Source: a virus
Lineage: Duplodnaviria > Caudoviricetes
DNA length: 51,014 nucleotides
Direction: 5' to 3' (one strand)
Virus record (IMG/VR): IMGVR_UViG_3300020202_000013
Location: 1-51,014 of that record
Below the pieces are notes generated by a model that was not told the origin of the DNA, searched no databases, and saw only the letters and a list, made by a program, of their open reading frames with translations. Of this stretch, positions 1-8,124 are shown piece after piece (the first letter of the stretch is position 1; each line of letters opens with the position of its first letter). The translations under genes were made by a program, and so were the position numbers.

Positions 1-127
1 ACGCTCCCGCTGTCCACCGGCTCTACCCCTGCGCTTGCCGTCACCTCAGGGACCGGACCGGTCGACAATCCGGGCGCCGAGTTCGTCATTTTCGAAATCC
101 GCAAGCTGACGGCCGACGAGGAGGGGG
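1..127. repeat. 127-bp terminal direct repeat (copy 1); identical to 50888-51014
   Basis: acgctcccgctgtccaccgg...gccgacgaggagggg occurs at both ends; indicates a circular assembly. Confidence 0.97.
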
Positions 128-1296
128 AGGTCACGGCCGGCGAGTGGTCGAGCGCCCAGACCGTTCCTGCGGATTCGGATCTGACCAAGCGGATCGAATT
201 CACCAACGTCGCTCCGAGCAGCCAATACGAGGCAGCCGTCTCCTACCAGGTGCGCGGCGTGATCGGCGAGCGGCGGATCCTCGGCCCGGTCATCACCAAG
301 AAGCCGATCGCCGGCGGGGTGGTGCCCAAGGGTATCGACTGGTCCGCTCCGCCCGCAACGAACCCGATCGCGAACGTGCCGGATGCGCTGGCGGTGGATG
401 AGAACGGCCATCTGAATGCTGGCAAGGTTGCCTATTCCGGCGCCACTGTCGCCGCATGGCTGGCGCAGCATGCCGCCGCCATCGCGGCACTCCAAAGCGG
501 TCTAGGCGGCCTGGACAATGCGGTCGACGACCTGAAGGACATCATCGGCGAGCACGAAGGGGAAGGACTGCGCTCGCGGATCGTCAACATCGAGAACATC
601 ACCGACGGCCAGGCCACCAGCATCTACGTGCTGCAGACCAGCTTCACGGACCTCGAAACCGACCTCACCGCGATTGTCGGCGAGATGCAGCAGACGACGG
701 CGACGGAATTCTCCGCAATCGGAAGCCGGCTCACATTGGTGGAGAGCGAGATCACCACGGCCCGGGGCGGCTATGGCTCGCTGTCCGCCAAAATCGGCAA
801 CTTCAGCCAGACGATCGCCGATCTCATCGCCAGCAAGGCGGAAGCGACGGTCGTCACGAACATCTCCGCCGAGCTTTCGAATGCGCGGGGCGGTCAGCCC
901 AGCCTTTCGGCCAAGCTCCAGAGCATGGAACAGGCGACTGTCGACGGCCTCGCAGGCAAGGCAAGCGCGCTCAGCGTCACGAACCTCGAAGCTACTGTCG
1001 GCAACGTCACGGGCCGGGTCACCACGGTCGAGCAGGTCACCGCCGACATTTCGGGCAAGGTCAACTCGAGCATCTCACTGCTCGCAGACGCCGGCGGCAA
1101 GATCGCAGGCATGCGGATCAACGCCTCTAACGTGACGGTCAGCACCGTCGACGTGATCGCCGATGTCTTCCGGTTCGTGGCGCCCGGCTCCGCGCTCACG
1201 CCGTTTGCGGTCTCCGGCACCGAAATGCGGCTCCGCGTGCCGCTCGCGATGTATGACGCCAGCAACAACCTCCGCATCCTCATGAGCCCGGGCTGA
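1..1296 (+). CDS. C-terminal part of tail tip/central tail fibre (host specificity J-like) protein; continues from 49271 across the join
   Basis: Frame 1 is open from base 1 to TGA at 1296 and in frame with the ORF from 49271; coiled-coil region then 'GKIAGMRINAS...VIADVFRFVAPG..PFAV' (DUF1983-like J C-terminus). Confidence 0.85.
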   Translation, partial: TLPLSTGSTPALAVTSGTGPVDNPGAEFVIFEIRKLTADEEGEVTAGEWSSAQTVPADSDLTKRIEFTNVAPSSQYEAAVSYQVRGVIGERRILGPVITKKPIAGGVVPKGIDWSAPPATNPIANVPDALAVDENGHLNAGKVAYSGATVAAWLAQHAAAIAALQSGLGGLDNAVDDLKDIIGEHEGEGLRSRIVNIENITDGQATSIYVLQTSFTDLETDLTAIVGEMQQTTATEFSAIGSRLTLVESEITTARGGYGSLSAKIGNFSQTIADLIASKAEATVVTNISAELSNARGGQPSLSAKLQSMEQATVDGLAGKASALSVTNLEATVGNVTGRVTTVEQVTADISGKVNSSISLLADAGGKIAGMRINASNVTVSTVDVIADVFRFVAPGSALTPFAVSGTEMRLRVPLAMYDASNNLRILMSPG

Positions 1297-1302
1297 GGCG
1301 CT

Positions 1303-1584
1303 ATGGCAGGTTTAAAAGTCTGGGACGGCGCGGGAAACGTAGTCCTCGACATCAGCGACAGGCTTAGCCGGGCGCTTGGCAGCTTCTCGGTAGGTTCGAA
1401 CGCCGCGCCCTCTTCCGGATCGTTCAGCGTCCCAGGCCTGACCACCGGCACGTTCTGGTACATCGACGGGGCACAGACGGTCGTCCTTGGAGAGAGCGTC
1501 CGGTGCTCCGTTAGCGGCTCCACCCTGTCGTGGTCGGCAACAGTGCTCTCGGTCCCACACACCATCCATTATGGGGTCTATTGA
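1303..1584 (+). CDS. small tail-tip accessory protein
   Basis: MAGLKVWDGAGNVVLD N-terminus typical of genes following J in lambdoid/T1-like phages; GAGG RBS. Confidence 0.75.
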   Translation: MAGLKVWDGAGNVVLDISDRLSRALGSFSVGSNAAPSSGSFSVPGLTTGTFWYIDGAQTVVLGESVRCSVSGSTLSWSATVLSVPHTIHYGVY

Positions 1585-2288
1585 TGACGGCGGGCCTGCA
1601 GATCTTCGGCGCCCACGGCATCGTCCAGATCGACAGCGACTATTCCAGCCTGATGCTGCGGAACAAGCTGACGTTTGACTTCAACAACCCCAGCGCGATC
1701 ATCGGGGGCATCTACGTCTACGACATCGCCGTGGTCGCCACGATCCCGATTATCGCCCTCAGCCCTCGCATCCCAGGCCTTGGGGTGACCGTCAGGAGCT
1801 ACTCCACTTTCGGAGGAACCACGAATATCTCGATCTGGGCGTCGCCCACCCCTGGCATGATCTTCGACGCCTATGTCTTCGACATCAACGTGGACGCGCT
1901 CCCTCCGGGCTCATTCCAGGTGTACAGGGCTGACGGGACCGTCGCCTTCTCCTCCGCTGCCAAGTCCCTCAAGATTGTGCAGCAGGCCACGCTCGGCTCG
2001 GACGTTTTCAACGAACTCCACGAGAACGGATCGGTCAACTTTGGGACCTTTCCAGGGCGGCGGATGGCCTACATCAACACCAGGAGCTGGCTCTTCCAAG
2101 GCCAGGCCGTCGGACCAATTGGTCCAGGGGAGTCTGAGCCGATCAACGTCCAGCAGGACTTCTTCTTCAATGACAGCGATGGTTCGAAGGTCGTCCTGCT
2201 GACGTACCAGACCTCAGGCGCCACAAACCCCCAGGCCGGCCTAGAGCAGGAGGGGGCGGGCCTTCTAGTCGATGTCACGGATTACTGA
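1584..2288 (+). CDS. tail-tip accessory protein (possible receptor-binding)
   Basis: Starts MTAGLQIFGAHGIVQID at a TGATG overlap; internal repeat FQVYRADGTVAFSS. Confidence 0.75.
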   Translation: MTAGLQIFGAHGIVQIDSDYSSLMLRNKLTFDFNNPSAIIGGIYVYDIAVVATIPIIALSPRIPGLGVTVRSYSTFGGTTNISIWASPTPGMIFDAYVFDINVDALPPGSFQVYRADGTVAFSSAAKSLKIVQQATLGSDVFNELHENGSVNFGTFPGRRMAYINTRSWLFQGQAVGPIGPGESEPINVQQDFFFNDSDGSKVVLLTYQTSGATNPQAGLEQEGAGLLVDVTDY

Positions 2289-2292
2289 ACCC

Positions 2293-2325
2293 GCCGTAAA
2301 GCCTGCGAGATCAGATCAGTAGATT
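2293..2325 (+). promoter_or_regulatory. putative late promoter GCCGTAA-N20-TAGATT upstream of lysis module
   Basis: Member of a fixed-spacing motif family seen about 9 times in the genome. Confidence 0.65.
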
Positions 2326-2422
2326 GGCCGCTGCCAGCATTGATCGGAAGCGTGCCCCGGTGAGCAGAAGCACAAACGAGAGGTCCGCAGCTCCGGTCGC
2401 GTCCAGGGCCGAGTTATCGTGA

Positions 2423-2773
2423 ATGCTCATCCTCCGCCTCCTCCCATTGTTGCTCCTCTTCGGAGCGGCCCCAGCGAAGATGCAGGCCTCCGATCTGGCG
2501 CAGGTGGCTCCGGTCATCGCGTCCGCATCGGACTTCAAGGCTCTTCTGATCGCCATGTTGGCGCTCCAGGTCCTGCTCGTAGTCCCGCTGATCTCGCTGC
2601 TCGGCTATCTGACCGTCCGGTTCCTGAACGCCTCCACGACCACGGCGTCGGCCATGTCGGCGCAAGCGGCCACGCTGGCGCGGATGGAGAGCGTGCAGGC
2701 ATCGTCGCTCGCCCGGCTGGACGATACCTTGCGAGAAGGGCTCCTCGATCTCGAACGGAAGCTCGATCGATGA
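2423..2773 (+). CDS. membrane protein, lysis-module associated
   Basis: Hydrophobic segments plus C-terminal coiled coil; coupled to next gene by ATGA. Confidence 0.65.
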   Translation: MLILRLLPLLLLFGAAPAKMQASDLAQVAPVIASASDFKALLIAMLALQVLLVVPLISLLGYLTVRFLNASTTTASAMSAQAATLARMESVQASSLARLDDTLREGLLDLERKLDR

Positions 2774-2967
2774 AGGTTCGCGAAGAAGCGCGATCGTGGG
2801 GCGCGGCCCTGCGTCTTGGGTTCTCGACGATCGTGCACCTGCCCTCGACCTTCAAGAAGCTGCTGCGCCAGCTGGACAGGCAGGAAGCCACTGCCCGCAT
2901 CATCATTGAGCAGGAGCCGGCAAGATCTGTGGATGAGGCGCTGAAGCAGATGGTGGGGGTCGAGTGA
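2770..2967 (+). CDS. hypothetical protein (65 aa, MKVREEARSW...)
   Basis: ATGA overlap with upstream gene, GTGA overlap with downstream gene. Confidence 0.55.
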   Translation: MKVREEARSWGAALRLGFSTIVHLPSTFKKLLRQLDRQEATARIIIEQEPARSVDEALKQMVGVE

Positions 2968-3374
2968 TGCGTGAGTTCGTGTTTTTCTTTCTCTACGGAA
3001 TGCTGGCGCTCACAGGCATGTTCCTCCTTCCATTCTGGTCGAAGCTGATGCGCCGCAGAGTATCCTCGCTGCCGGCCAACGCTCTCAGAATGGATCGCTA
3101 TTTCTGGCTGACCGTCGCCTTCACCTTGGTGGCGATCGGCTCAATCGAAATGTTCGGCGCCCGCGCCATTGGGAACGCCACCAACGGGCTCTCGTCGCAC
3201 CTCTACGGCGTCGAAGGCTTCTTCATCGGCAAGGGCGCGGCAACCATCCTCCTGGGCATGGCCGTCATGGTCTGGCTCGCCGATCTGGAGCGCCGGAAAC
3301 CACGCTGGCTTTGGGGGATGGGGGCTGTTGCCCTGGCTTGGACTGCAGTCTGCCTCTGGCTTGTGAACCGGTGA
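2964..3374 (+). CDS. multi-TM membrane protein (holin/antiholin candidate)
   Basis: About 4 hydrophobic helices, immediately upstream of endolysin. Confidence 0.65.
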   Translation: MMREFVFFFLYGMLALTGMFLLPFWSKLMRRRVSSLPANALRMDRYFWLTVAFTLVAIGSIEMFGARAIGNATNGLSSHLYGVEGFFIGKGAATILLGMAVMVWLADLERRKPRWLWGMGAVALAWTAVCLWLVNR

Positions 3375-3384
3375 GGAGTCCCGA

Positions 3385-4122
3385 ATGAGCCTGCACCCTT
3401 GGGCCGAGATCCAAAGCATCCTGCGTCGCCGCGGCTACGGGCTGGGGAGCACGGGGCCCCTGAAGGACGGGGTGGATGGGAACCCCGGTGCGCTCACCGG
3501 CGCCGCGGTGCTGGCCGAGCTGCTCAAGATGGAGCGGCATCAGCCCGCGCCATGCGTGGCGGCGAACGAGATCACGCCCAGGGTCGCGCTCGAGCTGGTC
3601 AGCCACGAGGCGATCGTCCTGGAGGCCTATGTCGACAGCGTCGGCGTCTGGACCTGGGGGGTAGGGGTCACCGACGCCTCCGGGCACCTGGTCGAGCGGT
3701 ATAAGGATAATCCGCAGTCGATCGCCCGCTGCCTGGAGATTTACATCTGGCTCCTGCGGACCCGATACCTGCCCGACGTCTTGAAGGCCTTCAATGACGT
3801 GCTTCTGTCGGAGGCTCAGCTCGCGGGGGCCTTGTCATTCCATTACAACACGGGCGCGATCGGCCGCGCTAGCTGGGTGAAGCAGTGGAAGGCCGGGCGC
3901 ATAGACGAGGCCCGCGCCAGCTTGATGGAATGGCGGAAGCCTCCTGAGATCGTCGGACGCCGCACCAAGGAGCGGGACCTGTTCTTCGACGGGAGATGGT
4001 CGCAGGACGGCAAGGCGCTCGTCATCCCGGTCTCGAAGCCGTCATACCGGCCGAGCTTCAGAGGAGCCAAGCGGGTCGACATCAGCGCTGAGCTGATGAT
4101 CGCGCTGGCGGCCGCGGAATGA
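3385..4122 (+). CDS. endolysin, GH24 (T4-like) lysozyme with N-terminal peptidoglycan-binding-like segment
   Basis: SHEAIVLEAYVDSVGVWTWGVG gives E-x8-D-x5-T triad; SFHYNTG; RRTKERDLF; N-terminal GVDGNPGALT. Confidence 0.9.
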   Translation: MSLHPWAEIQSILRRRGYGLGSTGPLKDGVDGNPGALTGAAVLAELLKMERHQPAPCVAANEITPRVALELVSHEAIVLEAYVDSVGVWTWGVGVTDASGHLVERYKDNPQSIARCLEIYIWLLRTRYLPDVLKAFNDVLLSEAQLAGALSFHYNTGAIGRASWVKQWKAGRIDEARASLMEWRKPPEIVGRRTKERDLFFDGRWSQDGKALVIPVSKPSYRPSFRGAKRVDISAELMIALAAAE

Positions 4123-4502
4123 CCGTCCTCGAGTTCCTTGATCGCATGGGTGAGCGCCGCGCGCGTAGCCAGCGCCGGCCGCGCGATATCCGCCAATTCA
4201 TCGGCTTCGCGTTCCTGCTCGGCTATTATGTGATGGTCTGGCAGTTCGCGAGCCGCACGGTCCCGACCGAGAACCTCGATCTCATCCGCGACGCCATGCT
4301 TACCCTCGGGCCGCCTGTCGGGCTGATCGTCGGCGCCATGTTCCGTTCCGACCTGAGAGACGAACAGCAGGCCGCGAACACCGGGCAGGCATTCCGCGCG
4401 ATCGAGGCTGCGGCGCAGGCAGGGACCGGTGCGCCACCGCAACCGGACGTGACACTTCAGCCTGGGGAGACTGCAAAGGCTGCTGAGAGCCCGCGCGAGT
4501 GA
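4119..4502 (+). CDS. holin (2 TM)
   Basis: Two TM helices, charged N-terminus, directly after endolysin. Confidence 0.7.
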   Translation: MTVLEFLDRMGERRARSQRRPRDIRQFIGFAFLLGYYVMVWQFASRTVPTENLDLIRDAMLTLGPPVGLIVGAMFRSDLRDEQQAANTGQAFRAIEAAAQAGTGAPPQPDVTLQPGETAKAAESPRE

Positions 4503-4507
4503 AGCGC

Positions 4508-4597
4508 ATGGCCATCTTCGTCTGGTGCGCCACCCTGCTCCTGGCCGGCCTCCTCGTCGCTTTGGCTATCTACATCGACAGGAGAAGCGAATGCTGA
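4508..4597 (+). CDS. 29-aa single-TM peptide MAIFVWCATLLLAGLLVALAIYIDRRSEC
   Basis: Read manually; fills the gap between holin and i-spanin, stop overlaps spanin start. Confidence 0.5.
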   Translation: MAIFVWCATLLLAGLLVALAIYIDRRSEC

Positions 4598-5025
4598 CCG
4601 GCCTCATCGCAAGCCTGGCGCTTCGCACCGGACTCCCGCAGCGCGCCATTGTCGCAATCGGGATCCTGTTACTGGTCGGCGCTGCGATTCTCGCCTGGAA
4701 CCTGTGGCTGGCCGATCATGATGGGGAGGTGATCGCTGGCCACGAGCAGGCTGTGGAGGTCAAGGTCGAGCGCGAGGGCAGGGCTGCCGACCAGAAATTG
4801 GAGGAGCGCAAGGGCGCGGCGCTCGCCGAACAATCGAAGCAACGACAGGAGTTCGACAATGCGACTGCGCATCTCCCAAAGCGCCGCCTTACTGATCGCC
4901 AGCGCATCGATGCTTGCGACCAGCTGCGGCGACAAGGAACCGATCCGGCTATCCTCGCCCGCGCCAAGTGCGTTCAAACAGGAGGAGCGGCCGAAGCTGG
5001 ACCCCCACGTGGTGATCAACGATGA
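4591..5025 (+). CDS. i-spanin (Rz-like)
   Basis: AGGAG RBS, N-terminal TM, coiled coil, C-terminal Cys residues. Confidence 0.8.
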   Translation: MLTGLIASLALRTGLPQRAIVAIGILLLVGAAILAWNLWLADHDGEVIAGHEQAVEVKVEREGRAADQKLEERKGAALAEQSKQRQEFDNATAHLPKRRLTDRQRIDACDQLRRQGTDPAILARAKCVQTGGAAEAGPPRGDQR

Positions 5026-5170
5026 CGAAGAAGGCTATCGCCGGCACCAGCGTGACAAAGACGATTGGGGGCAGCGGGGCTGGGACGCGCTGAACCGCGT
5101 CTGCCTTTGGTTCGAAGATCAGGGGGTGAAGGAGCTGCCTTGCAGACCGCTACCCTTTCTCCGCAAGTGA
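4859..5170 (+). CDS. o-spanin lipoprotein (Rz1-like), overlapping Rz in +1 frame
   Basis: Signal peptide with lipobox LATSC; Pro-rich; overlapped with i-spanin. Confidence 0.8.
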   Translation: MRLRISQSAALLIASASMLATSCGDKEPIRLSSPAPSAFKQEERPKLDPHVVINDDEEGYRRHQRDKDDWGQRGWDALNRVCLWFEDQGVKELPCRPLPFLRK

Positions 5171-6075
5171 GCCCGCTGTTCGGGCGTAGCAATGGAATGG
5201 GAGAGATCGACCGCCTCGTCATCGTGGAGGGGCAAGAGTGTGACCGGCTCGAAGCTGGGCCAGAAATGCGCCATTTGGTGTTTCCGCGCTTTAGCCACTG
5301 CTCGATCAAAGGCGTCTTGCACGGTCGAAGCGTGTTCCGGATTACGAGATAGTCCCTCCGTTCGAATAACATGGAAGATCACTCTCCCGAAGGCGATCGT
5401 ATTGAATGCGATGCCGTGGGTTTGAGTATCGTCGAGGTTTAGCACTGCATTCGCCCTAAACGCGCGAGCGTTGAAGGCGATATGCTCCGCGGCAGCTTGA
5501 AAGGCGACTCCGTCATAGAAGCGGTAGAAAACGAGCATATTTTCCGGCATCACCCCGTGCTTTCGAAAAGCTCTCCGAGTTTGCTCTGACGCGGTCCGGC
5601 TGTTGTCATCTCGAAATTCAAAGGTCATCAGATGCAATGCAAGCCAGCGCGCGAATGCCTCTCTCTCCTCGCTCGTGGTGACGTCCAAGGCGCTACGAAC
5701 AATTTTATCGAAGGCCGGTCGCGCGGCTTCCTGAATGTTGTTGCTCCACACGTTATTGCAGGGTTCGCAGAGCACCTTCAGCGTTTCTCCCTGCTCCGGC
5801 CCTTTTCGCTTTTGAAGCTGCGCCGCGGGTATTTGGAGCTCTGGCATAGGGCCAGTCCGGATCGTGTGGAGCATTCCTGCCGTTGCCCCAAAGGTCCGGT
5901 GCAGCCATTCTCTCATGTATTTGGGTAACAGGTGTTCCCTGCTCGTCGGCCTGTCGCCACAGAAGACGCACGCCGGAAGGCCTTGGCGATAGTGGAGCCG
6001 ATACGGCGCGCCAGTCCCGCCCGGCTCGTATGGGGCTCCTTCAGCCGATCCAAAGTGGATGCGTTCTCCATTCAT
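5119..6075 (-). CDS. HNH-type nuclease domain protein with large C-terminal extension (moron)
   Basis: CVFCG...SREHLLP...VLCEPCNN motif; antisense to lysis genes; start uncertain. Confidence 0.75.
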   Translation of the reverse strand: MNGERIHFGSAEGAPYEPGGTGAPYRLHYRQGLPACVFCGDRPTSREHLLPKYMREWLHRTFGATAGMLHTIRTGPMPELQIPAAQLQKRKGPEQGETLKVLCEPCNNVWSNNIQEAARPAFDKIVRSALDVTTSEEREAFARWLALHLMTFEFRDDNSRTASEQTRRAFRKHGVMPENMLVFYRFYDGVAFQAAAEHIAFNARAFRANAVLNLDDTQTHGIAFNTIAFGRVIFHVIRTEGLSRNPEHASTVQDAFDRAVAKARKHQMAHFWPSFEPVTLLPLHDDEAVDLSHSIATPEQRAHLRRKGSGLQGSSFTP

Positions 6076-6131
6076 TTTCGTGTTCCGCTAAAATCGAAGT
6101 CGCCGATTGCTACAGGCGCGGCCCAGCCCCA

Positions 6132-6320
6132 CTACCGATCTATCACCGGCACCATGACCATCTCGCGAATGTCGACGAGCTGTACGTCCTGCAGGTCCTC
6201 TCGCATCTGGCAAAGCATGTCCTTCGCCTGCTCCGCATCGTCCGTCGAGAAGGTCCAGAAGTTCCCTTCATCATCGCGGCCGGTCACATGATACTTTCGC
6301 GCGGTGAAGCTTTGTTCCAT
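6132..6320 (-). CDS. small hypothetical protein (MEQSFTARKYHVTG...)
   Basis: Protein-like composition; start lies inside the LexA box. Confidence 0.55.
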   Translation of the reverse strand: MEQSFTARKYHVTGRDDEGNFWTFSTDDAEQAKDMLCQMREDLQDVQLVDIREMVMVPVIDR

Positions 6321-6328
6321 ATTCGTTC
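6314..6328. promoter_or_regulatory. alphaproteobacterial LexA (SOS) box GTTC-N7-GTTC
   Basis: tGTTCCATATTCGTTC between two divergent start codons (6320 minus, 6331 plus). Confidence 0.65.
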
Positions 6329-6330
6329 CC

Positions 6331-6570
6331 ATGACTCGCGTTCCTCCCGCCGACCTTGAAACCGCAATCCTCGTTTGGCTCCGCAGATGCCCGAAGTCGA
6401 TATGGAAGGGCTTCGAGGAGTATGAAACGCTCAAAGCCGAGAAGCGGCACGACCCGACCAGCGCGCCTGACCCGAAGAAGGCGCTGGCGGCTTACATGGT
6501 CGCCTGTTTCCTCCGGGCGGATTGGGCCGTCGAGATGCCGGAGCGCGGCAATATGTTCGGGGATCGCTGA
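6331..6570 (+). CDS. hypothetical protein (MTRVPPADLETAIL...), probably SOS-regulated
   Basis: ATG 2 nt after the SOS box; helical protein-like sequence. Confidence 0.65.
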   Translation: MTRVPPADLETAILVWLRRCPKSIWKGFEEYETLKAEKRHDPTSAPDPKKALAAYMVACFLRADWAVEMPERGNMFGDR

Positions 6571-6769
6571 TCTCCAGGATCCGCCGGCCTGAAAGTGCAC
6601 GAGCGCTTTTTCCGCTTTCCCCGGTTCTCCTGCGACCGGTGCTTGACCATATCCGCGTCGCCCGAACCACCCCCGGCAAGCGCCCATACGCTCACGGCCT
6701 TCTGCAGCTCTGCCGTCATCTCGCCCTACTCCGATGCACAAATTCATGAAGAATTCGTAACCGGGAAGA

Positions 6770-6785
6770 GTTAAAGCGGGTTTAA
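6770..6785 (-). promoter_or_regulatory. CtrA-binding consensus TTAA-N7-TTAAC
   Basis: Minus strand reads TTAA ACCCGCT TTAAC; full consensus in a GC-rich genome. Confidence 0.5.
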
Positions 6786-7055
6786 ATCCAACGACTGTCT
6801 GGCCGCAGGTTGAACAGGTCATAACCCATTGGTCTGGAGATGTTATCTACATTCTAGGGGCAGTTCTCAGCGGTCATTTATCACGTGCTTGCATAGCTGA
6901 TTATCGCGATCGTACCTGTCCCAACGAAGTGCGAATCCTCCTCGCACCATCACGCAACTCAGGTCGATGCCTGCGTGGGTCGAGCACTAAACAGTTATCC
7001 TCTCATCGCGGATTTGCGAGATTTGGAGCAGCTTGGAAGGCTAGTGAGTGCCTTC

Positions 7056-7076
7056 GGGAGGGGCTTTCCCCCTCCC
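7056..7076 (-). terminator. GC-rich hairpin downstream of 30-aa peptide gene
   Basis: GGGAGGGG-5 nt-CCCCTCCC perfect 8-bp stem; no clear U-tract. Confidence 0.45.
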
Positions 7077-7084
7077 TCCGGCTG

Positions 7085-7177
7085 TCATAGTAGGACGAGG
7101 ATGAGCAGCACGATCGCAGAAACGATCTTAGCTACATCGATCTTCACATCCACCTTCACAGCGGCACGGGTTCTCAT
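7085..7177 (-). CDS. 30-aa hydrophobic peptide MRTRAAVKVDVKIDVAKIVSAIVLLILVLL
   Basis: Read manually; purine-rich GGGGA before ATG, TM C-terminus, hairpin after stop. Confidence 0.55.
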   Translation of the reverse strand: MRTRAAVKVDVKIDVAKIVSAIVLLILVLL

Positions 7178-7227
7178 TGGATCCCCGGACCCCGAGGAAT
7201 CTCAGGTCTGAACTGAGAGTATTGTGC

Positions 7228-7668
7228 TCACTCCTCTGCTATTTGATAGTTCGGAGTGAACAGCTCATCATGGGCTGGAGCAGCCTCAGGAGGCAGTAAC
7301 TTCTGTTCTGCATCAAAGGCGCCGACTAGCCGGCCGATTTCGACCGTAATCTGGAAATCGGGCTTTCCATCGAGCCAACCATCATCACAGACAACCCTCC
7401 ACCTTGTACGAGTAACTTCTTCAAACGCGCGCCAAGTAGAAGGCCCAGCATAGCCTGGAGCGCCGGACCAATGTGGGAGGATCTGGAGCTCCCATGGTTT
7501 AGATCGCGGCATCATCGTGAACAGTGGATACTCGTTGATCAGTTCTCGAATCATTGCTCCGTCGGCATAGATGCTCGCATGCTGGTAGAATGCCGGGCGT
7601 CCAATCCGCGCGGTCTTTATGAAAACATGTCTCTTCGCTGGCACGTCGGTGATTATGAAGTTCTGCAT
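7228..7668 (-). CDS. hypothetical protein, lower-GC accessory gene
   Basis: GAGGGG RBS before MQNFIITD; AT-richer codons. Confidence 0.6.
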   Translation of the reverse strand: MQNFIITDVPAKRHVFIKTARIGRPAFYQHASIYADGAMIRELINEYPLFTMMPRSKPWELQILPHWSGAPGYAGPSTWRAFEEVTRTRWRVVCDDGWLDGKPDFQITVEIGRLVGAFDAEQKLLPPEAAPAHDELFTPNYQIAEE

Positions 7669-7885
7669 ATTGGCGTCCCCTCGTCCGGGCGCGACTCGCC
7701 CGATGATGATTATAATCCCGCACCGTGCCGCCATGCCGTTCGGCTCCGAAATGGACCATTTTGAATAAGAGTCGGCGAGTAGCGCCGCAGCAACATCGTT
7801 CCATGTCCCCCAATCGGTCTAATGCATGGCGCCTGGACCAGACCGTGACCGAGGTCGGCAATGCCCGATACCGAAGACAGGGGCT

Positions 7886-8124
7886 GAAGGTTCAAGATGA
7901 ACCTATACCCCCGAATCCATGCCATTGGATGGGATCAGGTGCGCCTCGAAACCCTTTGAAAACCAGCGAAAACCAGCGAATGCGGCGAGGTGCCTCGTCT
8001 TCGGGAGGCAGGGGCCGGAGGTTCGAATCCTCTCTCCCCGACCACATTTTCTGCCGTTTTCTGATTGAGCTGCACAGTGGTCGAAGGTTCGTTTGAACCT
8101 CGCCATCTCGCTCCGAGGTTCACC
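7886..8124. mobile_element. attP region with candidate integrase arm-type sites
   Basis: AGGTTC..TGAACCT motifs at about 7888-7904 and 8085-8100, GAGGTTCA near 8115, tandem GAAAACCAGC at 7958-7977, flanking a tRNA-derived core. Confidence 0.7.
7997..8044 (+). tRNA. 3' half of tRNA-Pro(CGG), the attP core (not a full tRNA)
   Basis: TTCGGGA anticodon loop, GGAGG-TTCGAAT-CCTCT T-arm, acceptor 3' strand ending CCGACCA; no 5' half; next to integrase. Confidence 0.88.

Noticed and set aside
6271-6822. 183-aa minus-strand ORF beginning MTCSTCGQ
   Set aside because: Overlaps better-supported small genes, has no RBS or recognisable domain; coding status of 6570-6830 left unresolved.
7997-8044. Functional phage tRNA gene
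   Set aside because: No acceptor 5' strand or D-arm upstream; it is the attP core.
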